Source of the DNA: Enterobacteria phage GEC-3S
Sequence record: HE978309
Length of the DNA: 64,000 nt
Direction: 5' to 3' (one strand)
This document shows, in pieces, positions 32,949 to 43,645 of the stretch (the first letter of the stretch is position 1; the number at the start of each line of letters is the position of its first letter). The position numbers and the translations under genes are program-made. The notes below the pieces were generated by a model. That model searched no databases, was not told the DNA's origin, and saw only the letters and a program-made list of their open reading frames with translations.

Positions 32949-33503
32949 ATGCTCTTTTCTTTCTTCCCTGCCATTGAATACAACGGCAAGATGATTACTG
33001 ACATTGTGCGCAATTACCGCGCATATTTCAACGCAATAATTTCTGATTATAACATACAAACATATTACATTCAAGGTAGTCCACGACCGGAACAAGTTGC
33101 ATATGAAGTATACGGAAACCAACAACTTTACTGGATCTTGCTGATGCTTAATGACGTATACGATCCGTTCCATGACTGGATCACCGATCAAGAGACAGCA
33201 TATGAATCAGCCGAACAACGATATGCAAATGTAGGAGGAAATCAAGTATTATACCATGTTGATATTGACGGAAACAAGTATTGGAATCTTACCGAATATC
33301 CGAAAGGATCAAGCAATTGGTATGATAAAGGGGATATTCATCACCGTCATTTGCAGTTTCAAGGTGCATTATCGGCGGTAGACACACTGGAAGATGCGAT
33401 CCTCCGCAATGAGGAACGACGCAAGATCAAGATCATAGATCCTACACAAATTAAACAATTTATTAACGCATTCATACGAGAAATGGAAAAGGCTGATGTG
33501 TAA
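32949..33503 (+). CDS. 53: baseplate wedge protein gp53
   Basis: position before gene 5; 184 aa. Confidence 0.75.
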   Translation: MLFSFFPAIEYNGKMITDIVRNYRAYFNAIISDYNIQTYYIQGSPRPEQVAYEVYGNQQLYWILLMLNDVYDPFHDWITDQETAYESAEQRYANVGGNQVLYHVDIDGNKYWNLTEYPKGSSNWYDKGDIHHRHLQFQGALSAVDTLEDAILRNEERRKIKIIDPTQIKQFINAFIREMEKADV

Positions 33504-33514
33504 GGTGATTAATT

Positions 33515-35314
33515 ATGCTAATGTTTAATAACTCCGTTAAATGGTTTACCGGAATTGTAGAAAACAGGGAAGACCCATTAATGTTGGGGCGTGTTCAGGT
33601 TAGGATTCATGGTATACATCCCTCGCTATCCGCACACGGTGACATTCAAGGTCTTCCAACCGAAGATCTATTATGGATTACGCCAGTACAAGATATTACA
33701 AGCGCGGCGATCTCCGGTATAGGTCAAAGCCCTACTGGTATTGTTGAAGGTTCAATGGTATTTGGTTTGGCTTTAGATGAACGTTATTTAAACTGCGTTA
33801 TTCTTGGTACTATTGCCGGACAATATACAGAGAAACCACTCACTACAGAGGGTTTTTGCGACCCTTCTGGTGCATATCCTCGTTATATTGGTAATGATGT
33901 TAATATTCTTGCTCGTGGCGGTATTAACCCAGAAACCGGACAAACAACAAAACCTGATAGTGTCTATATTCGAGATGAAAACACTGGAGTTGCAGTAAAT
34001 CCAGACGACGAGCCATTAGACCAAATTCCGGTTGATGATAATCCTGATTTTACAATAGAAAAAATGCTGCGTGGCGATGAGGGATATCGCGAGAAATGGT
34101 ATCTTGATTCAGAAGGATATCCGACAATAGGCATCGGGCATTTGATCATTTATAAGAAAACCAGCGATCTGGGTATTATCAATAATGAACTTTCTAAGCT
34201 GGTAGGGCGTGAAGTTACAAACGGAAGACTTACCGCCGAAGAAGTTAGTAAAGTATTTGCCGACGATATAGAAAAGACTCGTCGTGATATGCGCAAACAT
34301 CCACGAATTGCACCTGTCTATAATAAATGTAATGCCTCACGTCGTATGGCATTAGAAAATATGGCGTTTCAAATTGGTGTTGGTGGATTGGGTAAATTTA
34401 AGAATAGTCTTGCTGCGATGTTAGCGGAAGAATGGAAACAAGCCTATGATGGATTACGTCAATCGGTATGGGCTAACCAAACTCCAGGACGTTCAAGCCG
34501 TGTTTCTAAAATTATTTTAACTGGTAACTTAGAATCATATGGCGTAATTGCTCCAAAGAAAGAGGAATCGATTTCTGATGATCCGCGAGCACGTTTGAGA
34601 AATGCCCGTATTGCTGCCTATAAGACGCAGAGAGCAGAAGAAGACCCAGAAGCACCGTTTACCCCACAAGACACACGAATCATGTTTAAAGAGCCTAAGA
34701 GTTCGTATTCTGCGAGGTATCCTTATAACCATGTTTACGAGTCAGAGAGCGGTCATATTATCGAGATTGATGATACTCCTTCTCATGAGCGTTATCACCG
34801 CAAACATCCTTCTGGTACATTTGAAGAAACCAGGCCGGACGGAACGAGGGTAGAAAAGATTGAAGGCGATGATTATCTGATCGTTAAACAAGGCCGGAAA
34901 GTAAACGTTAAGGGTAATTTGCAAGTTGTTGTTGAAGGTGACGCGCAAGTTTATTATATGGGTAATGTGATGCAAACCGTTGATGGTAACGTCACGGAAT
35001 TTATTCGTGGTAATGTTAATCAGACCGTTGAGGGTACAGCTAATATGCATGTTGTAGGTGATGTTACCGCTCAGCTTGACGCTAATTTGACGGCTAACGT
35101 CAAGGGTAATGCTGAATTAATGATCGAGGGTAACACTACCGAAACAATTAAAGGTAACTATGATTTAACCGTTGAGGGTAATTTTAATATGACCGTCAAT
35201 GGCACTAAATCAGATCAGGTTAATGGTGACTGGTCCCGTAATTGTGGTGCAAGCGTTAAAGATATTGCATCTGGTACAGTTAAAATTGATGGTAGCCGTA
35301 TTGATCTTGGGTGA
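33515..35314 (+). CDS. 5: baseplate hub and tail lysozyme gp5
   Basis: T4-lysozyme-like core YLDSEGYPTIGIGHL; C-terminal VxGxxxxxx beta-helix repeats; 599 aa. Confidence 0.9.
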   Translation: MLMFNNSVKWFTGIVENREDPLMLGRVQVRIHGIHPSLSAHGDIQGLPTEDLLWITPVQDITSAAISGIGQSPTGIVEGSMVFGLALDERYLNCVILGTIAGQYTEKPLTTEGFCDPSGAYPRYIGNDVNILARGGINPETGQTTKPDSVYIRDENTGVAVNPDDEPLDQIPVDDNPDFTIEKMLRGDEGYREKWYLDSEGYPTIGIGHLIIYKKTSDLGIINNELSKLVGREVTNGRLTAEEVSKVFADDIEKTRRDMRKHPRIAPVYNKCNASRRMALENMAFQIGVGGLGKFKNSLAAMLAEEWKQAYDGLRQSVWANQTPGRSSRVSKIILTGNLESYGVIAPKKEESISDDPRARLRNARIAAYKTQRAEEDPEAPFTPQDTRIMFKEPKSSYSARYPYNHVYESESGHIIEIDDTPSHERYHRKHPSGTFEETRPDGTRVEKIEGDDYLIVKQGRKVNVKGNLQVVVEGDAQVYYMGNVMQTVDGNVTEFIRGNVNQTVEGTANMHVVGDVTAQLDANLTANVKGNAELMIEGNTTETIKGNYDLTVEGNFNMTVNGTKSDQVNGDWSRNCGASVKDIASGTVKIDGSRIDLG

Positions 35315-35322
35315 GGTAACTA

Positions 35323-35889
35323 ATGGTTGAAATTCTTCCGATGAGTTCAAAATTGGAGGATATCAGCGAGCGAGAAATCTTTGAGGTGGTGTTCTCTTAT
35401 AAAGCAACGCCACCGGATGCAAATACCACATACACGATTAAAGAGTTTAAGATCAGCGAGTATCGCCCTAATAAGGGCGTTACCGTTGAAGAAACTAAAA
35501 TATCTGGTGAGTATCTGGATAGTTTTTCGCTTGGCGCGGATTCTCTTAAATATATAACGAAAGATCGAATTAAAAAATCTGCCGGAAGTTTTGATGATTT
35601 ACCAGATCCAACTACCGCAGATCTATATTATTTTAACGCTCCTACACGTCTACAGGAGGTTTATACTTATAAAGTAACCCTAACCTATATCCAATCTGTT
35701 TCAGAGTCTTCTGGGGGGTCTGGTGAAGGAAATAGTGGTGGTTCCAATAGCCGAGAGGGTTCTGGTGAAACTAATCCTCCTCCGGTAGTAACCGAGCACA
35801 CAATAGAGAAAGTTTATACTCAAACCGTTTTTGGAAATTGGGATGTGTGGAGTAAACAGTTAAGAGATTATGTACATAGGGGTGTTTAA
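35323..35889 (+). CDS. hypothetical protein at the T4 5.1 position
   Basis: track ORF; ATG overlaps the gene 5 stop region. Confidence 0.6.
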   Translation: MVEILPMSSKLEDISEREIFEVVFSYKATPPDANTTYTIKEFKISEYRPNKGVTVEETKISGEYLDSFSLGADSLKYITKDRIKKSAGSFDDLPDPTTADLYYFNAPTRLQEVYTYKVTLTYIQSVSESSGGSGEGNSGGSNSREGSGETNPPPVVTEHTIEKVYTQTVFGNWDVWSKQLRDYVHRGV

Positions 35890-35955
35890 TGGCTGGCGGG
35901 TGTCGATGCCCCGCCGTCATAAATAGTTATATAATGATTTAATATGAGGTGTTTT

Positions 35956-36696
35956 ATGATTAAAGTGCATGACGATTTCAAAGAACTTTATAATGTATGC
36001 TCTGAACGTTTTTATTATGATGAAACGAGCGGAACAATTAGACGAAAATATGATTGTAAGAGCAATCATTATAAAGCGGGTGATGTAGTAGGATATAAAA
36101 GAAAACAAAAAAGAACAAATAGTGAAGATGGTGTGTTCTATCTGTTTACTAAGATTGATGGAGTTTCTTATTCAATTCAACAAATTGTCTTCTTGCTTAC
36201 CGAAGGGTATATACCCAATTGCATCGATCATATTAACAGAGACACACTAGATAATCACCGTGAAAATCTTCGTGATGCATCGCGAAGCGGAAATTCTCGC
36301 AATAAATGCAAGGTATATAAAAATGGTTTCGCCTCTTCCGATTACATTGGTGTGTCTAAGCGGGGTTCTGGATTTAGGTGTCGTATTAGAATAGACCATG
36401 TTATTGCATATGATGAAACGTTCGAAAATGAAACATCTGCTGCATATGCATATAACGTAGAATGTATAAAATTAGGTGTCAGTGAGTATACCAACTTTAA
36501 TAAATTTGAAGACGAAGAATCTGTTAGGAAACTTTACGAAAAAGAGAAAGAAAATAAAGAGTTTCAAGAATATTGGAAGGGAACACATAAACAGGGTAAA
36601 AGATGGGGTGCTAAAGTTAAGAGTGTGCGTTTGGGTACATTCGAAACAAGGGAAGAAGCTAGACTAGCTATAATTCGCTACAAAGAGGGGGTTTGA
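35956..36696 (+). CDS. HNH homing endonuclease with AP2-type domains, inserted between 5.1 and 5.4
   Basis: HNH core [20 protein letters not shown]; AP2-like YIGVS...SAAYAYN and GAKVKS...EEARLAI; start taken at second ATG behind GAGGTG; stop overlaps 5.4 start (TGATG). Confidence 0.75.
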   Translation: MIKVHDDFKELYNVCSERFYYDETSGTIRRKYDCKSNHYKAGDVVGYKRKQKRTNSEDGVFYLFTKIDGVSYSIQQIVFLLTEGYIPNCIDHINRDTLDNHRENLRDASRSGNSRNKCKVYKNGFASSDYIGVSKRGSGFRCRIRIDHVIAYDETFENETSAAYAYNVECIKLGVSEYTNFNKFEDEESVRKLYEKEKENKEFQEYWKGTHKQGKRWGAKVKSVRLGTFETREEARLAIIRYKEGV

Positions 36697-36989
36697 TGGC
36701 TGGTTTATCATATGACAAAGCAAAAACTACTGGACATGGTAATTACGGTCCGACAATAATTAATGCAACTCAATCTAAGGTATTTGTTGAGGGTATCCCT
36801 GTATTAGTCGAAGGAGACCCAATTACACCACACACAAAAACAACAAAGCCTTATGATACACACGGGGGAACTACGGTCGCCAGTACCCCGAAAGTATTTG
36901 TTACCGGAAAGAAAGCAATTCAAATGGCAGATCGTATTAGCTGTGGCGATACCGTCGCTATGGCATCACCGAAGGTATTCATAAAATGA
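36696..36989 (+). CDS. 5.4: PAAR-repeat baseplate spike tip protein gp5.4
   Basis: 97 aa, as T4 gp5.4; position before gene 6; track ORF begins one codon earlier at TTG. Confidence 0.7.
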   Translation: MAGLSYDKAKTTGHGNYGPTIINATQSKVFVEGIPVLVEGDPITPHTKTTKPYDTHGGTTVASTPKVFVTGKKAIQMADRISCGDTVAMASPKVFIK

Positions 36990-38890
36990 CAAAGCAAAAG
37001 ATTACACAAATTCCTGATATTTTTAATGCTGCTACATTCGATGAAATTAAAAGCGCATTAACAGACTGGATGAGAAACCAGGAAGAATTTAAAGATTTTG
37101 ATTTTAATGGTGCTGGTATTAACGTATTGATGGACTTGCTCGCATATAACACTCTGTATATTCAGCAATTCGCTAACGCCGCGCTATATGAATCTTTTAT
37201 CAGAACGGCAATTAAGCGTAGTTCAGTTGTTCAAGCCGCGCAAGATTTAGGATATTTGCCAGCAAGTAAAACTAGTGCATCGACTACAATTATGTTGCAC
37301 GTAACACATCCGCGAAATCCGGCAAGTATTCGAATCCCACGAGGAACTAAATTTATTGCAAGTGTGGACCGCCAGACGTCTTATCCGTTTGTGACTACAG
37401 AAGACGTTGTGAGCGTTTTAGGTTCAAATGGTTTATATACTCCTATGCTTAAAGTCGCACAAGGTCGTATTGTTCGTACAGAAATGTTATTTGATCCGAA
37501 GAAACAAATTCTGATCCGCGATCCAGATATTGACCGCGCTCAGGTTAAGTTGTGGGTAGACGGTGCTGAATGGAAAGACTGGACGCGAGAAAGTATTGTT
37601 AATGCAACTGGCGCTAGTAATATTTTCTATATGCGTGAAACCGTAGACGGACATACTGAAATTTTCTTTGGTGAGGGTGAATCAACTTTATCTGCTGCTG
37701 GCGGTGCACTGGAAGCAAATTATATTGGTGGACTTAAGCCGTCAACTGGCGCTAATATTGTTATCGAATATATCAGCACTAAAGGCGCGGAAGCAAACGG
37801 ATCTGTCAATTTCACATACGCGGATACCCTTGCATCTATCTCTATTGTTAAAATTATTGAGAATCCGACAAATGATCGTGATTATGTCGGTGCAGATGGT
37901 GGTGGTGACCCTGAATCAATCGAACGTATCCGTGAACTTGCTCCGGTAATGCGTGAATCTCAGCGTCGTTGTGTTACTGCTTCTGACTATGAGGCTTTTG
38001 TGTCTAGCCGTTTTGGTAGTATTGTTCAGGCGGTACAATGTTTCACCGACCGAGAAAAACCGGGTTATGCTTTTGTTGCTGTTAAGCCTAAATCTGGCTT
38101 GCGTTTGACAACTGTTCAAAAAGAAGATATGCGGGATTATCTGGCAAAATATAATCTTGCCCCTATCACGCCGAGCATCATTGACCCTAACTATCTGTAT
38201 ATTAAACAGAATATTAAAGTTTCCTATTCAATCAATGACTTGTCAGAATCAGAGCAGTGGTTGCGCGGTGCGGTTATTGATCAGATTGATGCATATTATA
38301 CCGACGAAGTGGAAATTTTTAACCAGACATTTAGTAAGTCTAAAATGCTTGCTCGTATTGACAAAGCTGATGTATCTGTGATAGGTTCTAGTGCAGAAAT
38401 CGAGATGGTGCGAGAGATCGACAACTTCTATAAAGCGCCTATGGCTGGAATCAAGTTTTTAAACCAGTATAAGAGCGGAATCAAGTCTAGTTCATTCAAC
38501 TTCGAAAAGGACGACAAGCAATATCCGATCCATTATGTAAGTACAGAAATGAACAAAGAATCCGGTTTAGCTAAATTGCTGGTTGGACCTTTCCCTGTTG
38601 ATTCTACAATCGCTTTACCGCACTATTCCGGCACTGATTTTGATAAAGAGGTTATTGACGGTGCGGACCTATACTTTGAGGTTGGAGAGGTTCAGCATTA
38701 TGACGACCTTATTTCATGGGATCTGGGTAAACTGAATATCAATAGCGATCGCTTTACTGGTTCATATATTGAGTTGACAGCTAAACCGATTGCTGATAAC
38801 ATCTTTACTAAAGACGGTTCTTTGATCGTGTTTGAAAACGATCTCCGTCCTCAGTACACAACTATTAGTCTGGAGGCAATTGCTCAATGA
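36986..38890 (+). CDS. 6: baseplate wedge protein gp6
   Basis: 634 aa; position and size as T4 gp6; ATGA overlaps with both neighbours. Confidence 0.85.
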   Translation: MTKQKITQIPDIFNAATFDEIKSALTDWMRNQEEFKDFDFNGAGINVLMDLLAYNTLYIQQFANAALYESFIRTAIKRSSVVQAAQDLGYLPASKTSASTTIMLHVTHPRNPASIRIPRGTKFIASVDRQTSYPFVTTEDVVSVLGSNGLYTPMLKVAQGRIVRTEMLFDPKKQILIRDPDIDRAQVKLWVDGAEWKDWTRESIVNATGASNIFYMRETVDGHTEIFFGEGESTLSAAGGALEANYIGGLKPSTGANIVIEYISTKGAEANGSVNFTYADTLASISIVKIIENPTNDRDYVGADGGGDPESIERIRELAPVMRESQRRCVTASDYEAFVSSRFGSIVQAVQCFTDREKPGYAFVAVKPKSGLRLTTVQKEDMRDYLAKYNLAPITPSIIDPNYLYIKQNIKVSYSINDLSESEQWLRGAVIDQIDAYYTDEVEIFNQTFSKSKMLARIDKADVSVIGSSAEIEMVREIDNFYKAPMAGIKFLNQYKSGIKSSSFNFEKDDKQYPIHYVSTEMNKESGLAKLLVGPFPVDSTIALPHYSGTDFDKEVIDGADLYFEVGEVQHYDDLISWDLGKLNINSDRFTGSYIELTAKPIADNIFTKDGSLIVFENDLRPQYTTISLEAIAQ

Positions 38891-41800
38891 TTAAAGCGCC
38901 TAGTGTAACTAGCTTGACAATAGAAAAATTGTCTGCTAATCAGGCGTATATCACATGGGATGACGTAGGCGAAAACTTCTTTTATTTTGTGGAGTTAGCC
39001 GAAACCAGAACACGAGACGGGGAGATCATCCCCGTCGATGAGTTAAGCTGGGTAAACCTGGGATATACTGCCGAACAAAACTGGTTTGAGGATAAAAACC
39101 TTTTTCCAGAATATTATTACAAGTTTCGTGTAGCAGTAGCCGCAGAAGGATTTGAACAAAGTAAATGGGTTGAGACAGAAGAGTTTCAGACATTTAAAAC
39201 AAACGCATATAATTTTTCTATGATGCGAGAGTTCAACCTTGCAAACGAGTTTATAAAGGAAAAATTTACATACGATAATCGAGAGTATGTCAAGTTTAAT
39301 ACCGACCTTATTCAAGCATCATTGATGAAGGAAGATTTTGTCTTTAGTCCTGAATATGCAAACATGACAAATATCTCAAACTACATTGTAGTTGATGAGA
39401 ACTTTCATGAAATACAGGATCACATAGAAAAAGTTTGTACTGATATAAACCGCACTATGTTAGCGGAAATGAACGGTGTTTTGTACCTTTTCGAACGGTT
39501 CCAGCCGATCGTGAAAGTGTCAAATGATAAAGGTCAATCATGGAAAGCATACAAGGCTTTTAATGACCGTGTAGGCAATCCGGTTTCCCGCACATGCGTT
39601 TATCAGTCTAAAACCACTACTTACGTTTTAGGATATGACCGAATCTTTTACGGACGACAAGCTAGCGATACTCGATGGAGCGCGGACGATGTTCGATTTA
39701 GTGATGATACGATCACTTTTGCAAAGGTTGGTGACGAAAACGACTTAGGGTTTGATGTTGAGGTCTTTGGTGTATTTTCCAGATTAACAGGTGATACCAC
39801 AAAATACGCCGAAGCTATGGCGTGCAGTGATGACTATTTGTGGGTTGGTGCTAAAGATGTTATTCGCCGGATTCGTCTTAAGAATACTCCTGTTGATACC
39901 GTACAGGGTTCGCCTACGTTTGGAGAAAAAATATTCGATCCTGATGTTATCCGAGTAACAGGAAATGATAAAGCTGTCATTCAGAAAATGGATGTGATCG
40001 ACGGTAAATTGCTTGTATTTGTTACGGGTGAAGTTAAACAGCGTTATCAAGATCCAACTAAACCAGAAAACGTTGTTCCGTCAGATGATGCGGGTGTATA
40101 CTTAATAGGGAGTGATGGTCTGTCTTTTCAGAGAGTATTTGGCAACACTCCGCAGGAAAGGGAATATATTCAGCATGGGTTCAGTAATATGTCAACCAAT
40201 GGTGATGAGGTGTTCATAAGCCATTATAATCATCACTTCGAAAGCATTTTACCTGATCCAGAAACTGCCGCGAAATATGAATTAGGCGAAGCTGTGAAAT
40301 ATTCTCAGGAGCCAACTTATCTAACTGATAAGAAAATACATCAAACTACTTTCAGAGCAAGTTATGATGATTTGCGTATTTGGGAGTTAGGACCGCAAGC
40401 GTATTATAATGAGGCCGATTATACATGGATGCGTCGAAACGGTGTCCGTGTGTGGATCACAAATGATAATCGCCCGTTGGTTGTTTATCCAGAGGTTATC
40501 TATACTCAAGAAGTTGATACTTCTGGCATTCTTGATCAAAATAGGGTCAACCGAGAAGTTTATGATAAAGGGACCGTGACCTGTTATCTTAACAATGTTA
40601 AATTTGAAGGATTCAAACAATATGCATCCGGTGTAATGTTCCATAAAAACACGGGAGAGATCATTGGATTCTATCAATTTAACTATCGCGTTCGTGATCA
40701 GGTTGGTGTATATTGGAAACCAACAAATGTAGCATTTGTTGCTGAATTGCAAAATCAGGTTCGAGAGGTTCCCTGGGTTCCGGTTCACTACGATCGAGAG
40801 CAAGACCCAGATTTGCGACCTTTACTGAATAAGATGACACCGGATAGCTTTTTACTTGAGAACGAAAATTTCAGAAAATTCTCTGAATATTATCTGCAAT
40901 TCTTAAGTGATGGTTCTGGAACATATTATAATAAACTAAAAAATCTGATTAAAAACAAATATCCACGCGAGCAAGATGCATATGAGTATCTTTGGTCAGA
41001 GATGAACAAACGAAACATCTATGCAGATAAAAACAAGCGAGATGCGGTCGTAAGATTCTTCGAATCCCGCAAATCAGATTTTTATTCCACTAAGGGCGTG
41101 GAGGCTTCTTACAAGTTCTTGTTTAAGTTACTTTATAATGAAGATGTGGAAATTGAGGTTGAATCACAAGCCGGACTAGAGTATGATATTGTTGTTAGTT
41201 CAACGAACATTGACGAGGATATCGTAGGTCGCACGATCTATACTCCAACCGGACGGGCTAACGTGACTTATCTTGAAAGGGAATATGAAGGTGGACGTCT
41301 ACGCTGGCGAGTAACCATTCATAACCTGATCGGGCGGTTCGAAGAAGGTCAAGTGATCAAATCAGAGAAAACAGCGTTTGAGGGGATGATCCTTGTTGGT
41401 GTACGTGGTAAAGAGTTGTTGAGTAGTTCAATCGACTATATCAACCGCTCACGAAGCCAATACACCATGAAGATTAAAAGTGCATTGCCAGTTTCGCGCT
41501 ATGCAAATGATGTAATGCGATTCGTTCATCCTGTCGGCTTTGGGTTTATCGGTGTTACCCTGCTTACGATGTTCATTAACAGCGGGTTAAGCATGAAACA
41601 CACAGAGACGATAATTCAATCTCTAAAAAATTATAAGTTTGACAGCGGATTGCCTAGCGTGTATCCTGATCGGGTGGCAGACCTTGACGTTGACGGAAAC
41701 ATTAAAAAAGACCCGCTTACCGGAAAAGCATTATACTTAACGTCACCGACAATGGGCGAAGAGTTCCCCGTTCCTCCTGAATATGATCAGGAGAACAGCG

Positions 41801-41973
41801 AATTGTTCCACGGACTTAAAGCAAGCGAACGAAGATTTGCAATGAGTCCACTGTTTGACCAGTCGGCGGTAACATTCTCTATGTTCCGTGAACTTGTAGA
41901 TCAACGGTTGAAGGATAATATAGGGAATCCACGCGATCCGAAGAATCCGACACAGAGGAAAATTAATGGCTAA
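38887..41973 (+). CDS. 7: baseplate wedge protein gp7
   Basis: 1028 aa; position and size as T4 gp7. Confidence 0.85.
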   Translation: MIKAPSVTSLTIEKLSANQAYITWDDVGENFFYFVELAETRTRDGEIIPVDELSWVNLGYTAEQNWFEDKNLFPEYYYKFRVAVAAEGFEQSKWVETEEFQTFKTNAYNFSMMREFNLANEFIKEKFTYDNREYVKFNTDLIQASLMKEDFVFSPEYANMTNISNYIVVDENFHEIQDHIEKVCTDINRTMLAEMNGVLYLFERFQPIVKVSNDKGQSWKAYKAFNDRVGNPVSRTCVYQSKTTTYVLGYDRIFYGRQASDTRWSADDVRFSDDTITFAKVGDENDLGFDVEVFGVFSRLTGDTTKYAEAMACSDDYLWVGAKDVIRRIRLKNTPVDTVQGSPTFGEKIFDPDVIRVTGNDKAVIQKMDVIDGKLLVFVTGEVKQRYQDPTKPENVVPSDDAGVYLIGSDGLSFQRVFGNTPQEREYIQHGFSNMSTNGDEVFISHYNHHFESILPDPETAAKYELGEAVKYSQEPTYLTDKKIHQTTFRASYDDLRIWELGPQAYYNEADYTWMRRNGVRVWITNDNRPLVVYPEVIYTQEVDTSGILDQNRVNREVYDKGTVTCYLNNVKFEGFKQYASGVMFHKNTGEIIGFYQFNYRVRDQVGVYWKPTNVAFVAELQNQVREVPWVPVHYDREQDPDLRPLLNKMTPDSFLLENENFRKFSEYYLQFLSDGSGTYYNKLKNLIKNKYPREQDAYEYLWSEMNKRNIYADKNKRDAVVRFFESRKSDFYSTKGVEASYKFLFKLLYNEDVEIEVESQAGLEYDIVVSSTNIDEDIVGRTIYTPTGRANVTYLEREYEGGRLRWRVTIHNLIGRFEEGQVIKSEKTAFEGMILVGVRGKELLSSSIDYINRSRSQYTMKIKSALPVSRYANDVMRFVHPVGFGFIGVTLLTMFINSGLSMKHTETIIQSLKNYKFDSGLPSVYPDRVADLDVDGNIKKDPLTGKALYLTSPTMGEEFPVPPEYDQENSELFHGLKASERRFAMSPLFDQSAVTFSMFRELVDQRLKDNIGNPRDPKNPTQRKING

Positions 41974-42961
41974 TGAAAATAGTGTGATCTATCGCTCAAT
42001 CATTACTAGTAAATTCAGAACGGAAAAACTTCTGAATTTCTATAATTCTGTAGGCGATGGGGCAAATCAAATTACAATTTATGGAACGTTTGGACGTTCA
42101 GAGCCGTGGTCAGAAAACGAAAAAGAGGTGGGCTTTGCCCCACCTTATCCGACCGATTCAACGGCTGGTGTTGTTGACATGTGGACCCATATGATGGGGG
42201 CGGTTAAGATTAACAAATCACTTCTTGATGCGGTTATCCCTCGTAAAGATTGGGGTGATACCGGACAGGATAACCCGCGCACATTCTTTATCAATGACAT
42301 TGTTGTTGTCAACTCAGCACCATATAACCGAACTGATGTTGGTAGCGGCTGGATGGTGTATCGCGTAACCGATGTTCCTGATCGCGGTTACTGCTCGATT
42401 TCAAGCATTGACGCTAAAGTAGAGTGTTTGAAGTTGGGCGGAAAGTGGACACCTACCCATGAATCAATCGCGCCACCTGTAGGAAAGGGCGATTCTATTG
42501 ATATGGGTGATGGGTATCGTTGGGAATATCTGTACACAATTCCACCTGATGCGGCGATCAACCGTTGCACCAATGAACATATTGTTGTACCGTTCCCCGA
42601 TGAACTGCGACAAGATCCGGCGCGTTGGGGCTATGACAATGTGATCACCTGGTATAATGACTATAATCTGCTTTATCGGCTGAAAGTAGTAACTTTGCGT
42701 TTTCAGGCTTATATGGACTCTGCGCAATTCCCAACTACCGCGTTAGTGGGTAATACTGGTTTCCGTCAGTTAAGCATTATCCTTAACCCATTGGAAAAGA
42801 AAGCACGCCCTAGCGATCCAGACGTTAAAGCGGTTCAAGATAAGTACCGTCCGCAAGACTTAGAGCCACACTCAGGCGAAATGATCTACATGGAAAACCG
42901 ACAACCTATCGTTCGGTCATTAGATCAAACAGAACTTGTTTCTGTATTGTTTGAGTTCTAA
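41966..42961 (+). CDS. 8: baseplate wedge protein gp8
   Basis: 331 aa; position and size as T4 gp8. Confidence 0.85.
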   Translation: MANENSVIYRSIITSKFRTEKLLNFYNSVGDGANQITIYGTFGRSEPWSENEKEVGFAPPYPTDSTAGVVDMWTHMMGAVKINKSLLDAVIPRKDWGDTGQDNPRTFFINDIVVVNSAPYNRTDVGSGWMVYRVTDVPDRGYCSISSIDAKVECLKLGGKWTPTHESIAPPVGKGDSIDMGDGYRWEYLYTIPPDAAINRCTNEHIVVPFPDELRQDPARWGYDNVITWYNDYNLLYRLKVVTLRFQAYMDSAQFPTTALVGNTGFRQLSIILNPLEKKARPSDPDVKAVQDKYRPQDLEPHSGEMIYMENRQPIVRSLDQTELVSVLFEF

Positions 42962-42974
42962 GTGTATGATTTAA

Positions 42975-43009
42975 AAGCCAATTCGAGAGAGTTGGCTTTT
43001 TCTATTTTT
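42975..43009 (+). terminator. rho-independent terminator after gene 8
   Basis: AGCCAA-ttcgagagag-TTGGCT hairpin followed by TTTTTCTATTTTT. Confidence 0.65.
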
Positions 43010-43013
43010 GGTG

Positions 43014-43041
43014 TTGACAATCTTGTCTGATAAGGTATAAT
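43014..43041 (+). promoter_or_regulatory. sigma70-type early-class promoter (TTGACA, 16 bp, TATAAT) inside the late gene cluster
   Basis: exact consensus hexamers; leader ACATCTAAACAACGGAGGATAAATTATG resembles the minus-strand early leaders. Confidence 0.65.
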
Positions 43042-43070
43042 GCTCACATCTAAACAACGGAGGATAAATT

Positions 43071-43328
43071 ATGGCACGTCGTAAATTTACAGATAATTGT
43101 GAAGCAATTCAGGTATCCCCTTGCGGTTGGGATGTGATCGCGAACGGTGAAAAGATCGGAGAGATCATCGATCATACTCATTCATCACTAGCCGATTACA
43201 CCGATGAACTATGGGAGGGTATCAACTTCATGAATGACACTAAACGATTCAAGACTATCGACGAAGCTATCTATTTTGTGTATAATCCAACTTTCGGTAT
43301 GTGGAGTGATAGAAAATGGCACGCGTAA
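43071..43328 (+). CDS. hypothetical protein (cassette gene 1, 85 aa)
   Basis: track ORF; GGAGGA before ATG; begins MAR like the two following genes. Confidence 0.6.
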   Translation: MARRKFTDNCEAIQVSPCGWDVIANGEKIGEIIDHTHSSLADYTDELWEGINFMNDTKRFKTIDEAIYFVYNPTFGMWSDRKWHA

Positions 43329-43645
43329 ATATTAAACTGCATTATACAATGGGTAAACCAAAACATCCAATGCATAAAGTGTTTTGGGGCTTACATCTTC
43401 AAGAAAAATGGCATGATAACTATTGGTTTTGTGACCATGATAAGAAGTGGCATTCTCAAGATGAAGTTAATGCGATGATGGAACAGGGTATAAAATTTAA
43501 TTACTCTAATTATGACCATAGCATTACTTGTATTCGAAAATTGAAACGGTTTATTCGAAAGAATCCGCAATTTAAAAACTTTGTGTTCTTTATGTCTCAT
43601 GTTTATTTGGGGCATAGCGTTACAGTAACAGCAAAGGTTAAATAA
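43316..43645 (+). CDS. hypothetical His/Trp-rich protein (cassette gene 2, 109 aa)
   Basis: track ORF; overlaps both neighbours (translational coupling). Confidence 0.6.
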   Translation: MARVNIKLHYTMGKPKHPMHKVFWGLHLQEKWHDNYWFCDHDKKWHSQDEVNAMMEQGIKFNYSNYDHSITCIRKLKRFIRKNPQFKNFVFFMSHVYLGHSVTVTAKVK

